Below are positions 48,848 to 57,565 of a stretch of DNA of 64,000 nt, in pieces. The stretch's first letter is position 1. Each line of letters starts with the position of its first letter. The notes under the pieces were generated by a model. It was not told the DNA's origin and did not search any database. It saw only the letters and a program-made list of their open reading frames with translations. Origin of the DNA: Myxococcota bacterium. GTDB lineage: Bacteria; Myxococcota_A; Polyangia; Nannocystales; Nannocystaceae. Both the position numbers and the translations under genes were made by a program. The stretch is taken from contig JBCCHT010000015.1 in assembly GCA_039028615.1 (NCBI GenBank), positions 170,981-234,980 of the forward strand, given 5' to 3'.

Positions 48848-49510
48848 ATGAGCAACGCGATTCGACATATCACCGTGGCGCTATATCTCGCCGGAACGAC
48901 GGCCCTGGGAGTGACCGGCTGTGACACCACCGAGGGGGTCGAAGAGGCCACCGAGGCCGAGGCCGAGGTGGCCTTTCGGACGAATCCCGACGGGGACGAC
49001 CCCGACCTGACCGAGTTCTGCGAGGACTATGACGGCAGCTGGGTCCGCTTTCGCACCGTATTCGGGGGCAGCTTCATCACCGCCGACGGCACGGATGGGG
49101 TGACCTATCGGCGCGTGCACGAGCTGCCTCCGGGCGAGGCGAACCGGATGTGGTGGAAGGTCGACTGCAACAGCTGCAACGAGAGCGCTCGCTTCGAGAA
49201 CACCCTCACGGGCAACAGCCTGTTTGCCCGCTACGACTCGTTCGACGGCAATAAAGGCGTCGTGGTCCAGGCTCCCGGCAACCAGCACACGGATTCGCTG
49301 CGGCGGCAGTATCGCTTCGACGTGCGACCCGTGCTGAGGCCCGATGGCCAGGCGTCTGGGATGTGGACCCTGAAGTCGAACAAGTGGAACGGCGCCAAGA
49401 ACTGGGCCTATCCCGAGTTCGGAGGCAACATCCGGGTCAGCGACGCCCGGCCCACCGACGACTGGGAGAAGGTGACGATCGAGGCGTACGGGGCGACGGC
49501 CACGGAGTGA
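48848..49510 (+). CDS. Lipoprotein with fascin-like beta-trefoil domain
   Basis: SD GGAGG; lipobox VTGC; three repeats (VRFRTVFGGSFITAD / ARFENTLTGNSLFA / WTLKSNKWNG) ending WEKVTIE. Confidence 0.6.
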   Translation: MSNAIRHITVALYLAGTTALGVTGCDTTEGVEEATEAEAEVAFRTNPDGDDPDLTEFCEDYDGSWVRFRTVFGGSFITADGTDGVTYRRVHELPPGEANRMWWKVDCNSCNESARFENTLTGNSLFARYDSFDGNKGVVVQAPGNQHTDSLRRQYRFDVRPVLRPDGQASGMWTLKSNKWNGAKNWAYPEFGGNIRVSDARPTDDWEKVTIEAYGATATE

Positions 49511-49558
49511 GGCCGTCGTACCGGTCGGTGGTGGGTCCGCGGATGGGCCGTGCTTCCG

Positions 49559-50431
49559 TCACTCGCCGGTATGGGGCGGGTCTCCCGGGGAGCGATAGCG
49601 ATCGAGCGGGCTGCGAACCGCGTCGCTGCCGTAGTAGTGGCCGCTGCCCTCCGGTTGCCCGAAGAGCAGGAACAACGCGGACGCGGCCCCTTCGCGCGGT
49701 GTCTTCATGCCCGCGTCCGCTGCGGTGCGTCCTCCGAGGTAGGACTGCGTCAGATCGGTCGCGATGAAGCCCGGAGTGCAGGCATTGACCACCAGCTGCG
49801 GGTTCTCTCGCGCGAGGTGGATCGTCAGCGCGTTCGCGCAGGCCTTGGACAGGCCGTAGGGCGAGCCGTCGCTCAACCCTCGCGAGGCGAACGCGGCTGC
49901 GTCTCCGGCCAGCGCCACGCTGTCGTTCATCAGCGCGTCGATCTCGGCCCAGGTGATGTCGTTGCGGGTGAACGAGCGCTGCTGGTCCGGCCCGCACTTG
50001 GCCACGAACATGGGACCGGCCGCCGACGTGACGTTGACGACGCGCCCGCCCGCGGACAGCCGAGGGATCAACGCGGTGCACACCCGATGGATGCCGCGCA
50101 CGTTGACCTGCAGCACGGGGTCGAGGTCGGCGATCCCGATGCCGATGCCCGCGTTGTTCACGATGCCGTAGAGCCCATCATCGCCGCTTGCATCGGCGAT
50201 GACCTTCGCGGCGGCCTGCACCGAGGCGTCGCTGGAGACGTCCAGCTCCACGACCTGCAGCCGCTCGGCCCGGCCGGGGCCGCCCGCACGGATTTTCTCG
50301 GCTGCTGCTTCGCCGCGGCCGAGGTCGCGCGACCCGAGGAAGACGAAGGTATCGTCCGGCTCCTCCAAGATCCGCTCGGCGATCGCGTGTCCGATACCCT
50401 TGTTCGCTCCGGTGACCAGTATTCTCCGCAT
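49559..50431 (-). CDS. Short-chain dehydrogenase/reductase, carbonyl-reductase-like
   Basis: TGANKGIG, NNAG, YGLSK, CTPGFIATDL. Confidence 0.93.
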   Translation of the reverse strand: MRRILVTGANKGIGHAIAERILEEPDDTFVFLGSRDLGRGEAAAEKIRAGGPGRAERLQVVELDVSSDASVQAAAKVIADASGDDGLYGIVNNAGIGIGIADLDPVLQVNVRGIHRVCTALIPRLSAGGRVVNVTSAAGPMFVAKCGPDQQRSFTRNDITWAEIDALMNDSVALAGDAAAFASRGLSDGSPYGLSKACANALTIHLARENPQLVVNACTPGFIATDLTQSYLGGRTAADAGMKTPREGAASALFLLFGQPEGSGHYYGSDAVRSPLDRYRSPGDPPHTGE

Positions 50432-50545
50432 GGCGTCCTCCGCTCGGGTGGGACCGTCCTCGATCCTCGCAGTGTTACGGGAAACCACGAAAATGGCCGG
50501 GAGCCGCGACGGATCGCGGTCTCCCGGCCAATCTGGGGCAGGGCC

Positions 50546-52570
50546 CTACTGCGCGGCCTGAGCGGGTGACTCGGCCAGCGAGGCGATGAGCTTGGGCACC
50601 GTGAACGGCCCCAGGCCGCCGATGAACTCGTCGACCTTCAGCTCACCGAGGTCGTCGGCATCGCGGCACCGCACGTTGATGGTGCCGTTTTCCGCTTCCT
50701 TCTGCCCCACCACGACCAGGTAGGGCACCTTCTGCATGGTGGCGCCGCGGATCTTGTAGCCGAGCCGCTCGTCGCTGCTGTCGACGTGGGTGCGCAGCCC
50801 CTCGGCCCGCATCGCGGTGGCGACCTGCTGGGCGTAGTCGGCGTACTTCTCGGACACGGGCAGCACGCGGACTTGCTCGGGCGCCAGCCACAGCGGGAAG
50901 GCCCCGGCGAAGTGCTCGGTGATGATGCCGAAGAAGCGCTCCAGCGACCCGTAGCAGGCCCGGTGCACCATGACCGGGGTATGGCGGGCCCCGTCGGCGC
51001 CGACGTACTCGAGCCCGAAACGGTTGGGCATGGAAAAGTCGACCTGGATGGTGCCGCACTGCCACGAGCGACCCAGCGAGTCGCGGATGTGGAAGTCGAT
51101 CTTCGGGCCGTAGAAGGCACCGTCGCCCGGGTTGACCTGGTAGTCGCGGTTGCCCGCCTCGAGCGCGCCCTTGAGCGCGGACTCGGCCTTTTCCCACACC
51201 TCGTCGCTACCGATGGACTTGTCGGGGCGGGTGCTGAGCTCGAGCCGCACGTCGTCCAGCCCGAACACGCCGTAGACCTCGAAGAAGAACGAGATCAGCA
51301 TGTGAATCTCGCTCTCGAGCTGGTCGGGCGTGCAGAAGTGATGCGCGTCGTCTTGGACGAAGGCCTGCACGCGGAACATGCCGTGGCGTACCCCGGACAG
51401 CTCGCGCCGATGCACCTGACCCATCTCGGCGATCCGCAGCGGCAGCTCGTGGTGGCTGTGCATGCGGTGCTTGTAGATCATGAGGTGGCCCGGGCAGTTC
51501 ATGGGCTTGACCGCCATGGGCCGGTCTTCTTCGCCGTCTTCTTGGCCCTTGAGCTTGCGGCGCGTGAAGAACATGTTCTCCATGTAGTGGTCGTAGTGAC
51601 CGGAGGTGTGCCACGTGGTCTCGGGCAGGATGAGCGGCGTGCGGACCTCGGCGTACTCACGCCGCTGCAGCTGCGCCCGCATGAAGTCCATGAGGCCGTT
51701 GTAGACGGTGGTGCCCTTGGGGTGCAGGAAGGGGAAGCCGGGCGCCTCCTCCACGAAGTGGAACAGGTCGAGCTTCTCGCCGAGCACCCGGTGGTCGCGC
51801 TTTTTGGCCTCTTCGAGCAGGTGCAGGTAGTCCTCGAGCTCCTTCTTGCTGAAGAAGGCCGTGCCGTAGACCCGCACCAGCTGCTCGCGGCTGGCGTCGG
51901 CGCGCCAGTAGGCGCCCGCGATCTTCATGAGCTTGGTGTGCTTGAGCCACTTGGCGCTGGGCACGTGCGGCCCGCGGCACAAGTCGATGAACTTGCCCGT
52001 GCGATAGAAGCTGACCGTGGGCGCGTCTTTGTCCCCGGAGAAGGCCCCGTGCTCCTCGAGCCCGGCGATGATCTCCTGCTTGAAGGGGTTGGCCCCGCCG
52101 TCGATGGCCACGTACTCCTGGTAGACCGCGGCGTCCTTGGCCGTGGCTTCACAGCGCTCGAAGGGGGCGTTGACCTTCGCGAGCTTGGCCATGCGCGCCT
52201 CGATGCGTGGGAAGTCGTTCTCCGACAGCGATGCGCCCTCGGGCACGTGGATGTCGTAGTAGAACCCGTCGTCCGTGGTGGGCCCGATGGTGAGCTGGGC
52301 CCCCGGGACCTCTTCGAGGATTGCGGCGGCCATCAGGTGCGCGGCCGAGTGGCGCAAGGTGTCGAGGGCCAACGGCTCCTTGTCGGTCACGATCTTCACC
52401 TGGTCGCCATCGGCCAGGACATGGCGGAGGTCGACCGGCTGCTCGTTGACCACGCCGAGCACGGAGGCCTTGGCCAGCCGCGGCGAGATGGCCTTGGCTA
52501 GATCGAAGATCGTACTGCCAGGAGGGAGCTCCTTGGCGGAGCCGTCGGGAAGCGAAACGCTGATGCTCAT
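50546..52570 (-). CDS. thrS: Threonine--tRNA ligase
   Basis: TGS domain, RHSAAHL, DLCRGPH, KRDHR, KPMNCPGH, GAFYGPKID, HRA..GSLERF. Confidence 0.98.
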   Translation of the reverse strand: MSISVSLPDGSAKELPPGSTIFDLAKAISPRLAKASVLGVVNEQPVDLRHVLADGDQVKIVTDKEPLALDTLRHSAAHLMAAAILEEVPGAQLTIGPTTDDGFYYDIHVPEGASLSENDFPRIEARMAKLAKVNAPFERCEATAKDAAVYQEYVAIDGGANPFKQEIIAGLEEHGAFSGDKDAPTVSFYRTGKFIDLCRGPHVPSAKWLKHTKLMKIAGAYWRADASREQLVRVYGTAFFSKKELEDYLHLLEEAKKRDHRVLGEKLDLFHFVEEAPGFPFLHPKGTTVYNGLMDFMRAQLQRREYAEVRTPLILPETTWHTSGHYDHYMENMFFTRRKLKGQEDGEEDRPMAVKPMNCPGHLMIYKHRMHSHHELPLRIAEMGQVHRRELSGVRHGMFRVQAFVQDDAHHFCTPDQLESEIHMLISFFFEVYGVFGLDDVRLELSTRPDKSIGSDEVWEKAESALKGALEAGNRDYQVNPGDGAFYGPKIDFHIRDSLGRSWQCGTIQVDFSMPNRFGLEYVGADGARHTPVMVHRACYGSLERFFGIITEHFAGAFPLWLAPEQVRVLPVSEKYADYAQQVATAMRAEGLRTHVDSSDERLGYKIRGATMQKVPYLVVVGQKEAENGTINVRCRDADDLGELKVDEFIGGLGPFTVPKLIASLAESPAQAAQ

Positions 52571-52630
52571 CAGATTGCCTGTTGCTTGGCCGGGAACCCG
52601 GCAAGGGCGAGGGACGACGGAGGGTAAACC

Positions 52631-52661
52631 AACGAAAAGACCCCCGGGTGGCCGGGGGTCT
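52631..52661 (-). terminator. Attenuator terminator hairpin in the thrS leader
   Basis: Minus strand AGACCCCCGG-CCAC-CCGGGGGTCT followed by TTTCGTT. Confidence 0.85.
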
Positions 52662-52692
52662 CTCACACGCGCGTGACACCACTCCGGCCGGC

Positions 52693-52740
52693 TTACGCCG
52701 TGTCGGTAGTCGTAGTGGTGCCGCGGGTCGAAGCGTGCAT
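52693..52740 (-). CDS. Thr-rich leader peptide MHASTRGTTTTTDTA (thrS attenuator)
   Basis: ATG CAC GCT TCG ACC CGC GGC ACC ACT ACG ACT ACC GAC ACG GCG TAA; 7 of 15 codons are Thr, five consecutive. Confidence 0.88.
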   Translation of the reverse strand: MHASTRGTTTTTDTA

Positions 52741-52749
52741 CGTGCGTTC

Positions 52750-52777
52750 ACCATATCGCCTGGAGCCCCAGAGGCAA
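52750..52777 (-). promoter_or_regulatory. Putative sigma70-type promoter of the thrS leader
   Basis: TTGCCT-N16-TATGGT, 9 nt before the leader ATG. Confidence 0.45.
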
Positions 52778-52832
52778 GCCCCGAGTGCAAAGCGTGATGT
52801 GCGCGGCCTGAAATGAGGACGTCCGCGCCAGG

Positions 52833-53381
52833 CTAGCCGTCGTCCTCCCAGCCCGAGATCGGGTCCGCGGGGGTGCGCGCAAAGCAGGCGAACTGGAGGG
52901 TCCGGGTGGTGCCGGGCTCGTTCACATAGCGAAGCCCGGTGAAGCCGTGCTGCCCGAAGAACTCGTTGACCGGCAGGGTACCGGGGGCGATCTGGTACAG
53001 GGTGGTCGAGCTCAGGGCGCCGTCCTCCGTGTAGACCGTGATGGAGAACGACCGCACCTCGAAGTCGGGGTCGAACACGTTGGCCTCCACGATCAGCGCG
53101 TCGCCGAACTCCAGCGGCGGCGGGGAGGGCAGCTCGCCGTCGGCCACGTTGTAGCGGGCCGTCTGGACCTCACCCTCGAAGGAGAACGAGCAGTCGACCG
53201 CGATGCCCTCGTCTTCGGCCGGGCCGTCGGCGGCCGAGTCGGCCCCGGGGGTGTCGCCTTCCGTCGCGTCGTCGTTGCAGCCGGCGTCGTCGAAGCCCCC
53301 CAAAGGGGTGGTTCCGGTGTCGCAGGCGGACATGGTCAGGGTCGCCGCAACGAAAGCCAAGAAACTCGATCGTAGTCGCAT
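52833..53381 (-). CDS. Hypothetical acidic lipoprotein
   Basis: Lipobox MSAC; acidic linker; NEFFGQHGFTGLRYV. Confidence 0.75.
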   Translation of the reverse strand: MRLRSSFLAFVAATLTMSACDTGTTPLGGFDDAGCNDDATEGDTPGADSAADGPAEDEGIAVDCSFSFEGEVQTARYNVADGELPSPPPLEFGDALIVEANVFDPDFEVRSFSITVYTEDGALSSTTLYQIAPGTLPVNEFFGQHGFTGLRYVNEPGTTRTLQFACFARTPADPISGWEDDG

Positions 53382-53420
53382 GATGGTGGATGTCCGCTCG
53401 GCAGCGGAAGTATCAATTCG

Positions 53421-54125
53421 TCATCGACAGGCGGCGCGCACCCGGGCGGCATAGGCCGAGCCGGGGTGCCGCTGGCCGAAGGCATCACGACGACGGCGGG
53501 CTTCGGCGTTCGGGGACACGGCGCAGTCGGCCAGGATCTCGAGCGCCTCGCGTTCCTGGGACAAGATGGTGGCCGGGAACTCTTTGCGGTGGGTCGTAAG
53601 CAGGGCCTGGGCCGCGGCGGGATCACGAGCCAGCGCGACCTCGGCCTCCCGGAGCAAACGGATCTCGCGGGTGTTGGGCGCGGTGGTGGTCGAGGCGGGG
53701 CTCGGCGGACGCGACCGATTCTGGGTCGTGCTGCTCGGGCTCCGGGCGGGCGTCGGGCTCGACGGGGCTGCCGTGGTTTCGGCGGCGGGCGGAGGCGGGA
53801 CGGCGGGGTCGGCCGCGGGCGCCCGCGAAGGGGTGACCGTCGACGAGTCACCGTCGGACTCGCGGTGCTCGTAGACCGCCTCGTTGGGGCTCGCGGCCGG
53901 GTCGCGACGGGAGGACAGCGATTGCACGGCCACCAGGTGGACCACGAAGATCGCGGCCGCAGCCGCGGCCGCCCCGACGCCCATGCCGGCCAGCCATCGA
54001 CGGACGACCTGGTGCTGGGCCCGGGAGACGTTGCGGGCGACCTGGAGGCGCAGGTGCTTGGGGGGCCGACGCACCTGGCGGTACGCGGCGACCATGTCGG
54101 CGAGCTGTCGCTCCGTGGGGTTCAC
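53421..54125 (-). CDS. Putative anti-sigma factor (TM, Pro-rich linker, TPR-like C-terminus)
   Basis: Overlaps the sigma factor stop; EIRLLREA...HRKEFP...ERE...C...HPGSAYAARVRAAC. Confidence 0.7.
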   Translation of the reverse strand: MNPTERQLADMVAAYRQVRRPPKHLRLQVARNVSRAQHQVVRRWLAGMGVGAAAAAAAIFVVHLVAVQSLSSRRDPAASPNEAVYEHRESDGDSSTVTPSRAPAADPAVPPPPAAETTAAPSSPTPARSPSSTTQNRSRPPSPASTTTAPNTREIRLLREAEVALARDPAAAQALLTTHRKEFPATILSQEREALEILADCAVSPNAEARRRRDAFGQRHPGSAYAARVRAACR

Positions 54126-54646
54126 GAGGCGGCCTCCATCGCGCGCTGGTCGGCGGTGAAGCGGGCGAACGCCTCGCGGGCGGTGCGGACCCGCGAGTAC
54201 ACGGTGCGGGTGGGCACGCCGAGCGCCTCGGCCACGGCCCGCGCGGTGAGTCCTTCGAGCTCGACGGCCACGAACGCCTCGCGCTGGCGGGCGGGCAGGC
54301 TGTCCATGAACTGGTCGAGCAGGTCGGCCGCCTGGCGCAAGGCGACCTCGTCATCGGGGTCTCGAGCGGGGGCGGGCTCGGGCACGGCGCGCAGGCGAGC
54401 CTCACGGCGACGCTGGCTTCGCAGGTAGTTGCGGGCGACGTTGCGGACCACGGTGAACAGCCACGCGCGCAGCGAGCCGCCGTCGAACTCGTCGAGGCGG
54501 CGGCGGACCACCAAAAACGCCTCCTGGGTCACGTCGTCGGCCGCTCCGGGTCCTGCGACTGCGTGAGCCACGCGCCAGACATAGTCGAAGTGGCGGCGAA
54601 ACACCTCCTCGAAGCCCAAATTCGTCGTGCGTCCATCGCCTGCCAC
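54122..54646 (-). CDS. ECF RNA polymerase sigma factor
   Basis: DDVTQEAFL, LRAWLFTVVRN, region 4 VAEALGVPTRTVYSR. Confidence 0.92.
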   Translation of the reverse strand: MAGDGRTTNLGFEEVFRRHFDYVWRVAHAVAGPGAADDVTQEAFLVVRRRLDEFDGGSLRAWLFTVVRNVARNYLRSQRRREARLRAVPEPAPARDPDDEVALRQAADLLDQFMDSLPARQREAFVAVELEGLTARAVAEALGVPTRTVYSRVRTAREAFARFTADQRAMEAAS

Positions 54647-54706
54647 GCCTCGTGTCCTGGATGTCCGGTCGCCGACTTAAGTACCGAATCGCGGCGAAAC
54701 AATCTC

Positions 54707-55768
54707 CTAGGGGATTCGAAATGACACGGTGGCCCACGCTCGGCCCGCCACCAGCCCGGTGGTGAGCAGCGGAAGGGTGGGGCCGAAGGTGAAGGTGTGG
54801 CGCAGCAGGGCGACCGACAGCTCGGCGCGCAGGCCCAGGGCCAGGCGGGGGACGGGCGCCCACCGCAGGCCGCTACCGAGCACTGCGGTGGCCCACGGCA
54901 CGGTCTGCTCGAGGTCGGCATCGGAGCCGAAGCCCTGGGCCGCGATGGCGCCCGCGGCCACGCCCGCGAGGACGGGTAGTTCGAAGGGCCCGGGTCGAAA
55001 CAATGGGCCGGCCTCCACGACGCCCGTGGTGAACGATATCTGGCCGCCTGCATCGTCGATGCCCGCCAGCAGCACGCGGCGGCGCACGATGTGCTCGGCT
55101 CGCGCGGTGACCTGCCATCGGCGACCGACCAGCGAGACGTGCCCCTGGAGGGATGCCCCTGTGGCCGGCAGGTGCCCTCCGACGACGCCCGCGCCCGCAC
55201 CGAACAGAACGCCAGGACGACGGCGCGGCTGCGCCTGAGCATCGGCCGAGCCCGGGCTCGGGTCCGTGGCGTCGGGTTCGGCGGGTGACGGCTCCGTCGT
55301 CGAATTCGAGGTTGCGTCGGGTGGTGGCTCGATGGGTTCGGGGTCCGATGGCTTCGCGGGAGGGTCCGGCGTCTCGGGTTCCGGTACGGCGGGCGGCGGT
55401 GCCACGGGGACCTCGGTGTCTGCGGTGGCGGGCCCCACCGCCAACGCGATCGCGAGCGCAGCCGTCTGGGCCGCGGCATCGCAGCTCGGGGCGCTGAGCG
55501 AGCGGGAGAACGGACCCTCGCGGGTCTGGCCGTCGATCTGCACCGCCCACTGCCCCGCGTCGTTGGTGCGGACGTCGACTCGCGCGGTGAAGCCCTCGGC
55601 CGTGTCCCCTCGCGGTCCCAAGTGCTCGTCGATCATCTGGCCCACCGCGTCGGCCGACGGACACTGCCTTGGAGCATCCCAATGCAGACGCCCGCCGGCC
55701 GACAGCGACACCGGGCTCGCGGGGGCGAGCAGAAGCCCGACGAGGGGCAGGGAAGCGAGGGGCGACAT
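54707..55768 (-). CDS. Exported protein with N-terminal disulfide domain, Pro-rich linker and beta-barrel-like C-terminus
   Basis: Signal peptide; WDAPRQCP...RSLSAPSC; alternating beta strands ending ATVSFRIP. Confidence 0.7.
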   Translation of the reverse strand: MSPLASLPLVGLLLAPASPVSLSAGGRLHWDAPRQCPSADAVGQMIDEHLGPRGDTAEGFTARVDVRTNDAGQWAVQIDGQTREGPFSRSLSAPSCDAAAQTAALAIALAVGPATADTEVPVAPPPAVPEPETPDPPAKPSDPEPIEPPPDATSNSTTEPSPAEPDATDPSPGSADAQAQPRRRPGVLFGAGAGVVGGHLPATGASLQGHVSLVGRRWQVTARAEHIVRRRVLLAGIDDAGGQISFTTGVVEAGPLFRPGPFELPVLAGVAAGAIAAQGFGSDADLEQTVPWATAVLGSGLRWAPVPRLALGLRAELSVALLRHTFTFGPTLPLLTTGLVAGRAWATVSFRIP

Positions 55769-55892
55769 CACGTGGGGGCGGCGGGGACGCTACCAGAGTC
55801 TGCGCGTCGTTCGGGATGGCCGCGAAACGGTCACGGCACGGTCAATTCGCCCGCGGGGCGACGTCGGCCGCGGAGCGCGGCCAGCGCTCGGC

Positions 55893-55910
55893 TCTTCACA
55901 CTTCTTCATA
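55893..55910 (+). promoter_or_regulatory. Direct repeat TCTTCAYA (10-bp period), candidate OmpR-family binding site
   Basis: TCTTCACA 55893-55900 and TCTTCATA 55903-55910, upstream of SD AGGAG (55956-55960). Confidence 0.45.
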
Positions 55911-55970
55911 CTCGTGGGTCTTGGGCCTTAACACTCGGGTCTCAACCTATCGCTCAGGAGACAACGAGAG

Positions 55971-56552
55971 ATGTTCGGATTCGTTCTTGGAACCATGTGT
56001 GTTGTTGGCTTGGGCATGATGGCGCGACGCCGTCGGCACTATCGAGGCTATGCGCGCTGCGGCGGCTCGTACGGTCACCCCGGTCATCATGGCGGCTGGC
56101 ATGGCCATCACGGCGATTGGCACGGCTACCACGGCGGCTGGCACGGAGGCCCCTACGGAGCGCCTCCGTCGATGGGGCGAGGCCGCGAGCGGTGGTGGCG
56201 AGGCGGCGTGCACCTGATGCTGCGCCGGATCCAGGCCACCCCCGATCAGGAGACGGTCATTCGCGAGGCGCTCGAGAACCTCATGGTGTCGATGCAGGAG
56301 CATCGCGAGGAGTGGCGGGCGAGTCGACACGACATCGCCGGGGCGCTTCGAGGCGAGAGCTTCGATGCCGAGGCGATGGGCGAGCTATTCGGTCGCCACG
56401 ACGATCGGATGACCGAGGTCCGCAAGGCGGTGATGGAGGCGCTGGGCCGGATCCACGCCGTGCTCGACGACACCCAGCGCGAGCGCTTGGCCGAGCTGCT
56501 CGATCGCCCGCAGGGCCCGTGGCACCCGTTCCGCGGAGGTGAGCCCCGATGA
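55971..56552 (+). CDS. Spy/CpxP-like (LTXXQ / heavy-metal sensor) protein with His-rich repeats
   Basis: ATPDQ and LDDTQRERL motifs; GHHGGWH-type repeats. Confidence 0.8.
   Translation: MFGFVLGTMCVVGLGMMARRRRHYRGYARCGGSYGHPGHHGGWHGHHGDWHGYHGGWHGGPYGAPPSMGRGRERWWRGGVHLMLRRIQATPDQETVIREALENLMVSMQEHREEWRASRHDIAGALRGESFDAEAMGELFGRHDDRMTEVRKAVMEALGRIHAVLDDTQRERLAELLDRPQGPWHPFRGGEPR
56082..56144 (+). repeat. 3 x 21-nt coding tandem repeat (GHHGGWH/GHHGDWH/GYHGGWH)
   Basis: ggtcatcatggcggctggcat ggccatcacggcgattggcac ggctaccacggcggctggcac. Confidence 0.85.
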
Positions 56553-56785
56553 GCCACCTGCAAGCCATGGCGCTGCGCGGACTGCTGATCGTGGGCGCCG
56601 TGGTCGGCTTCGGCACCGGGATTCACCAGCTCCACGAGCGGCGCGCGAACGCGGACACGCTGGCGAAGATCTGCGTGGATGCAGCGCTGGGGCGCGACAC
56701 GGCGGCCGAAGGAATCGGCCGTCATCGGGCCCGCTGGGTGGCCGAGCGCTGCGCGGACCATGCTCGGCAGGCACGGGCGCAGTAG
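56549..56785 (+). CDS. Small single-TM protein
   Basis: SD GGAGGTG; ATGA overlap; GAVVGFGTG; two Cys. Confidence 0.7.
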   Translation: MSHLQAMALRGLLIVGAVVGFGTGIHQLHERRANADTLAKICVDAALGRDTAAEGIGRHRARWVAERCADHARQARAQ

Positions 56786-56881
56786 CGGTGGGCTACGGGG
56801 GTGGCCCTCGGGACGTGAGGGCTGCCCTTCGACCCGCGGCGGGATCCGATCCCGTCGCGGGCTGGTACGGTTGAGGTCTTC

Positions 56882-57565
56882 GTGACGCTTCGCATCCTGC
56901 TCATCGACGACGACGTGCGGCTCTTCGAACTGCTCGATCGCTATCTGGGCGAGCAAGACGTGCACCTGCAGCACGCCCTGGACGGCACGGCGGGCCTGCG
57001 CGCGGTGGCCCACGACGCGTTCGATGCGGTGCTGCTCGACGTGATGATGCCGGGCATCGATGGGCTCGAGACCCTGCGACGGATCCGGCAGCGCAGCCCG
57101 GTCCCCGTGCTGATGTTGACCGCACGCGGGGACGAAGCGGATCGCGTGGTGGGCCTCGAGCTCGGCGCGGACGACTACGTGCCCAAGCCCTTCAGCCCCC
57201 GCGAGCTGCTGGCCCGTGTGCGGGCGGTGCTGCGGCGGAGTCGGCCCGAGGCACTGGGCGAGCACCTGAGCGCGGCCGGGATTCGCGTCGACGTGCAGGC
57301 GCGCGAGGTCCATGTCGACTCGCGTCGCGTCGACCTCACCGGGCTCGAGTTCGATCTGCTGGTGGCGCTGTTGCGTCGAGCGGGGCGGGTGGTGCCGCGT
57401 GCAGCGTTGTTGGCCGAAGCGGGGCGTGACGATGTCGCCGTCGGTGAGCGGACGGTGGACGTGCACATCTCCAAGCTGCGTAAGAAACTGGGGGACGACC
57501 CCAAGACCCCGCATCGGATCCAGACCGTGCGTGGGGTGGGCTACGTACTGGCGCGGGAGTCATGA
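56882..57565 (+). CDS. OmpR-family response regulator (CpxR-like)
   Basis: ILLIDDD, LLDVMMPG, LTARG, GADDYVPKPF, RTVDVHI, TVRGVGY. Confidence 0.95.
   Translation: MTLRILLIDDDVRLFELLDRYLGEQDVHLQHALDGTAGLRAVAHDAFDAVLLDVMMPGIDGLETLRRIRQRSPVPVLMLTARGDEADRVVGLELGADDYVPKPFSPRELLARVRAVLRRSRPEALGEHLSAAGIRVDVQAREVHVDSRRVDLTGLEFDLLVALLRRAGRVVPRAALLAEAGRDDVAVGERTVDVHISKLRKKLGDDPKTPHRIQTVRGVGYVLARES

Noticed and set aside
52571..52760. T-box riboswitch or E. coli-type tRNA-mimic operator for thrS
   Set aside because: No T-box consensus (TGGxACC) was found, and the Thr-rich uORF plus terminator explains the region better.
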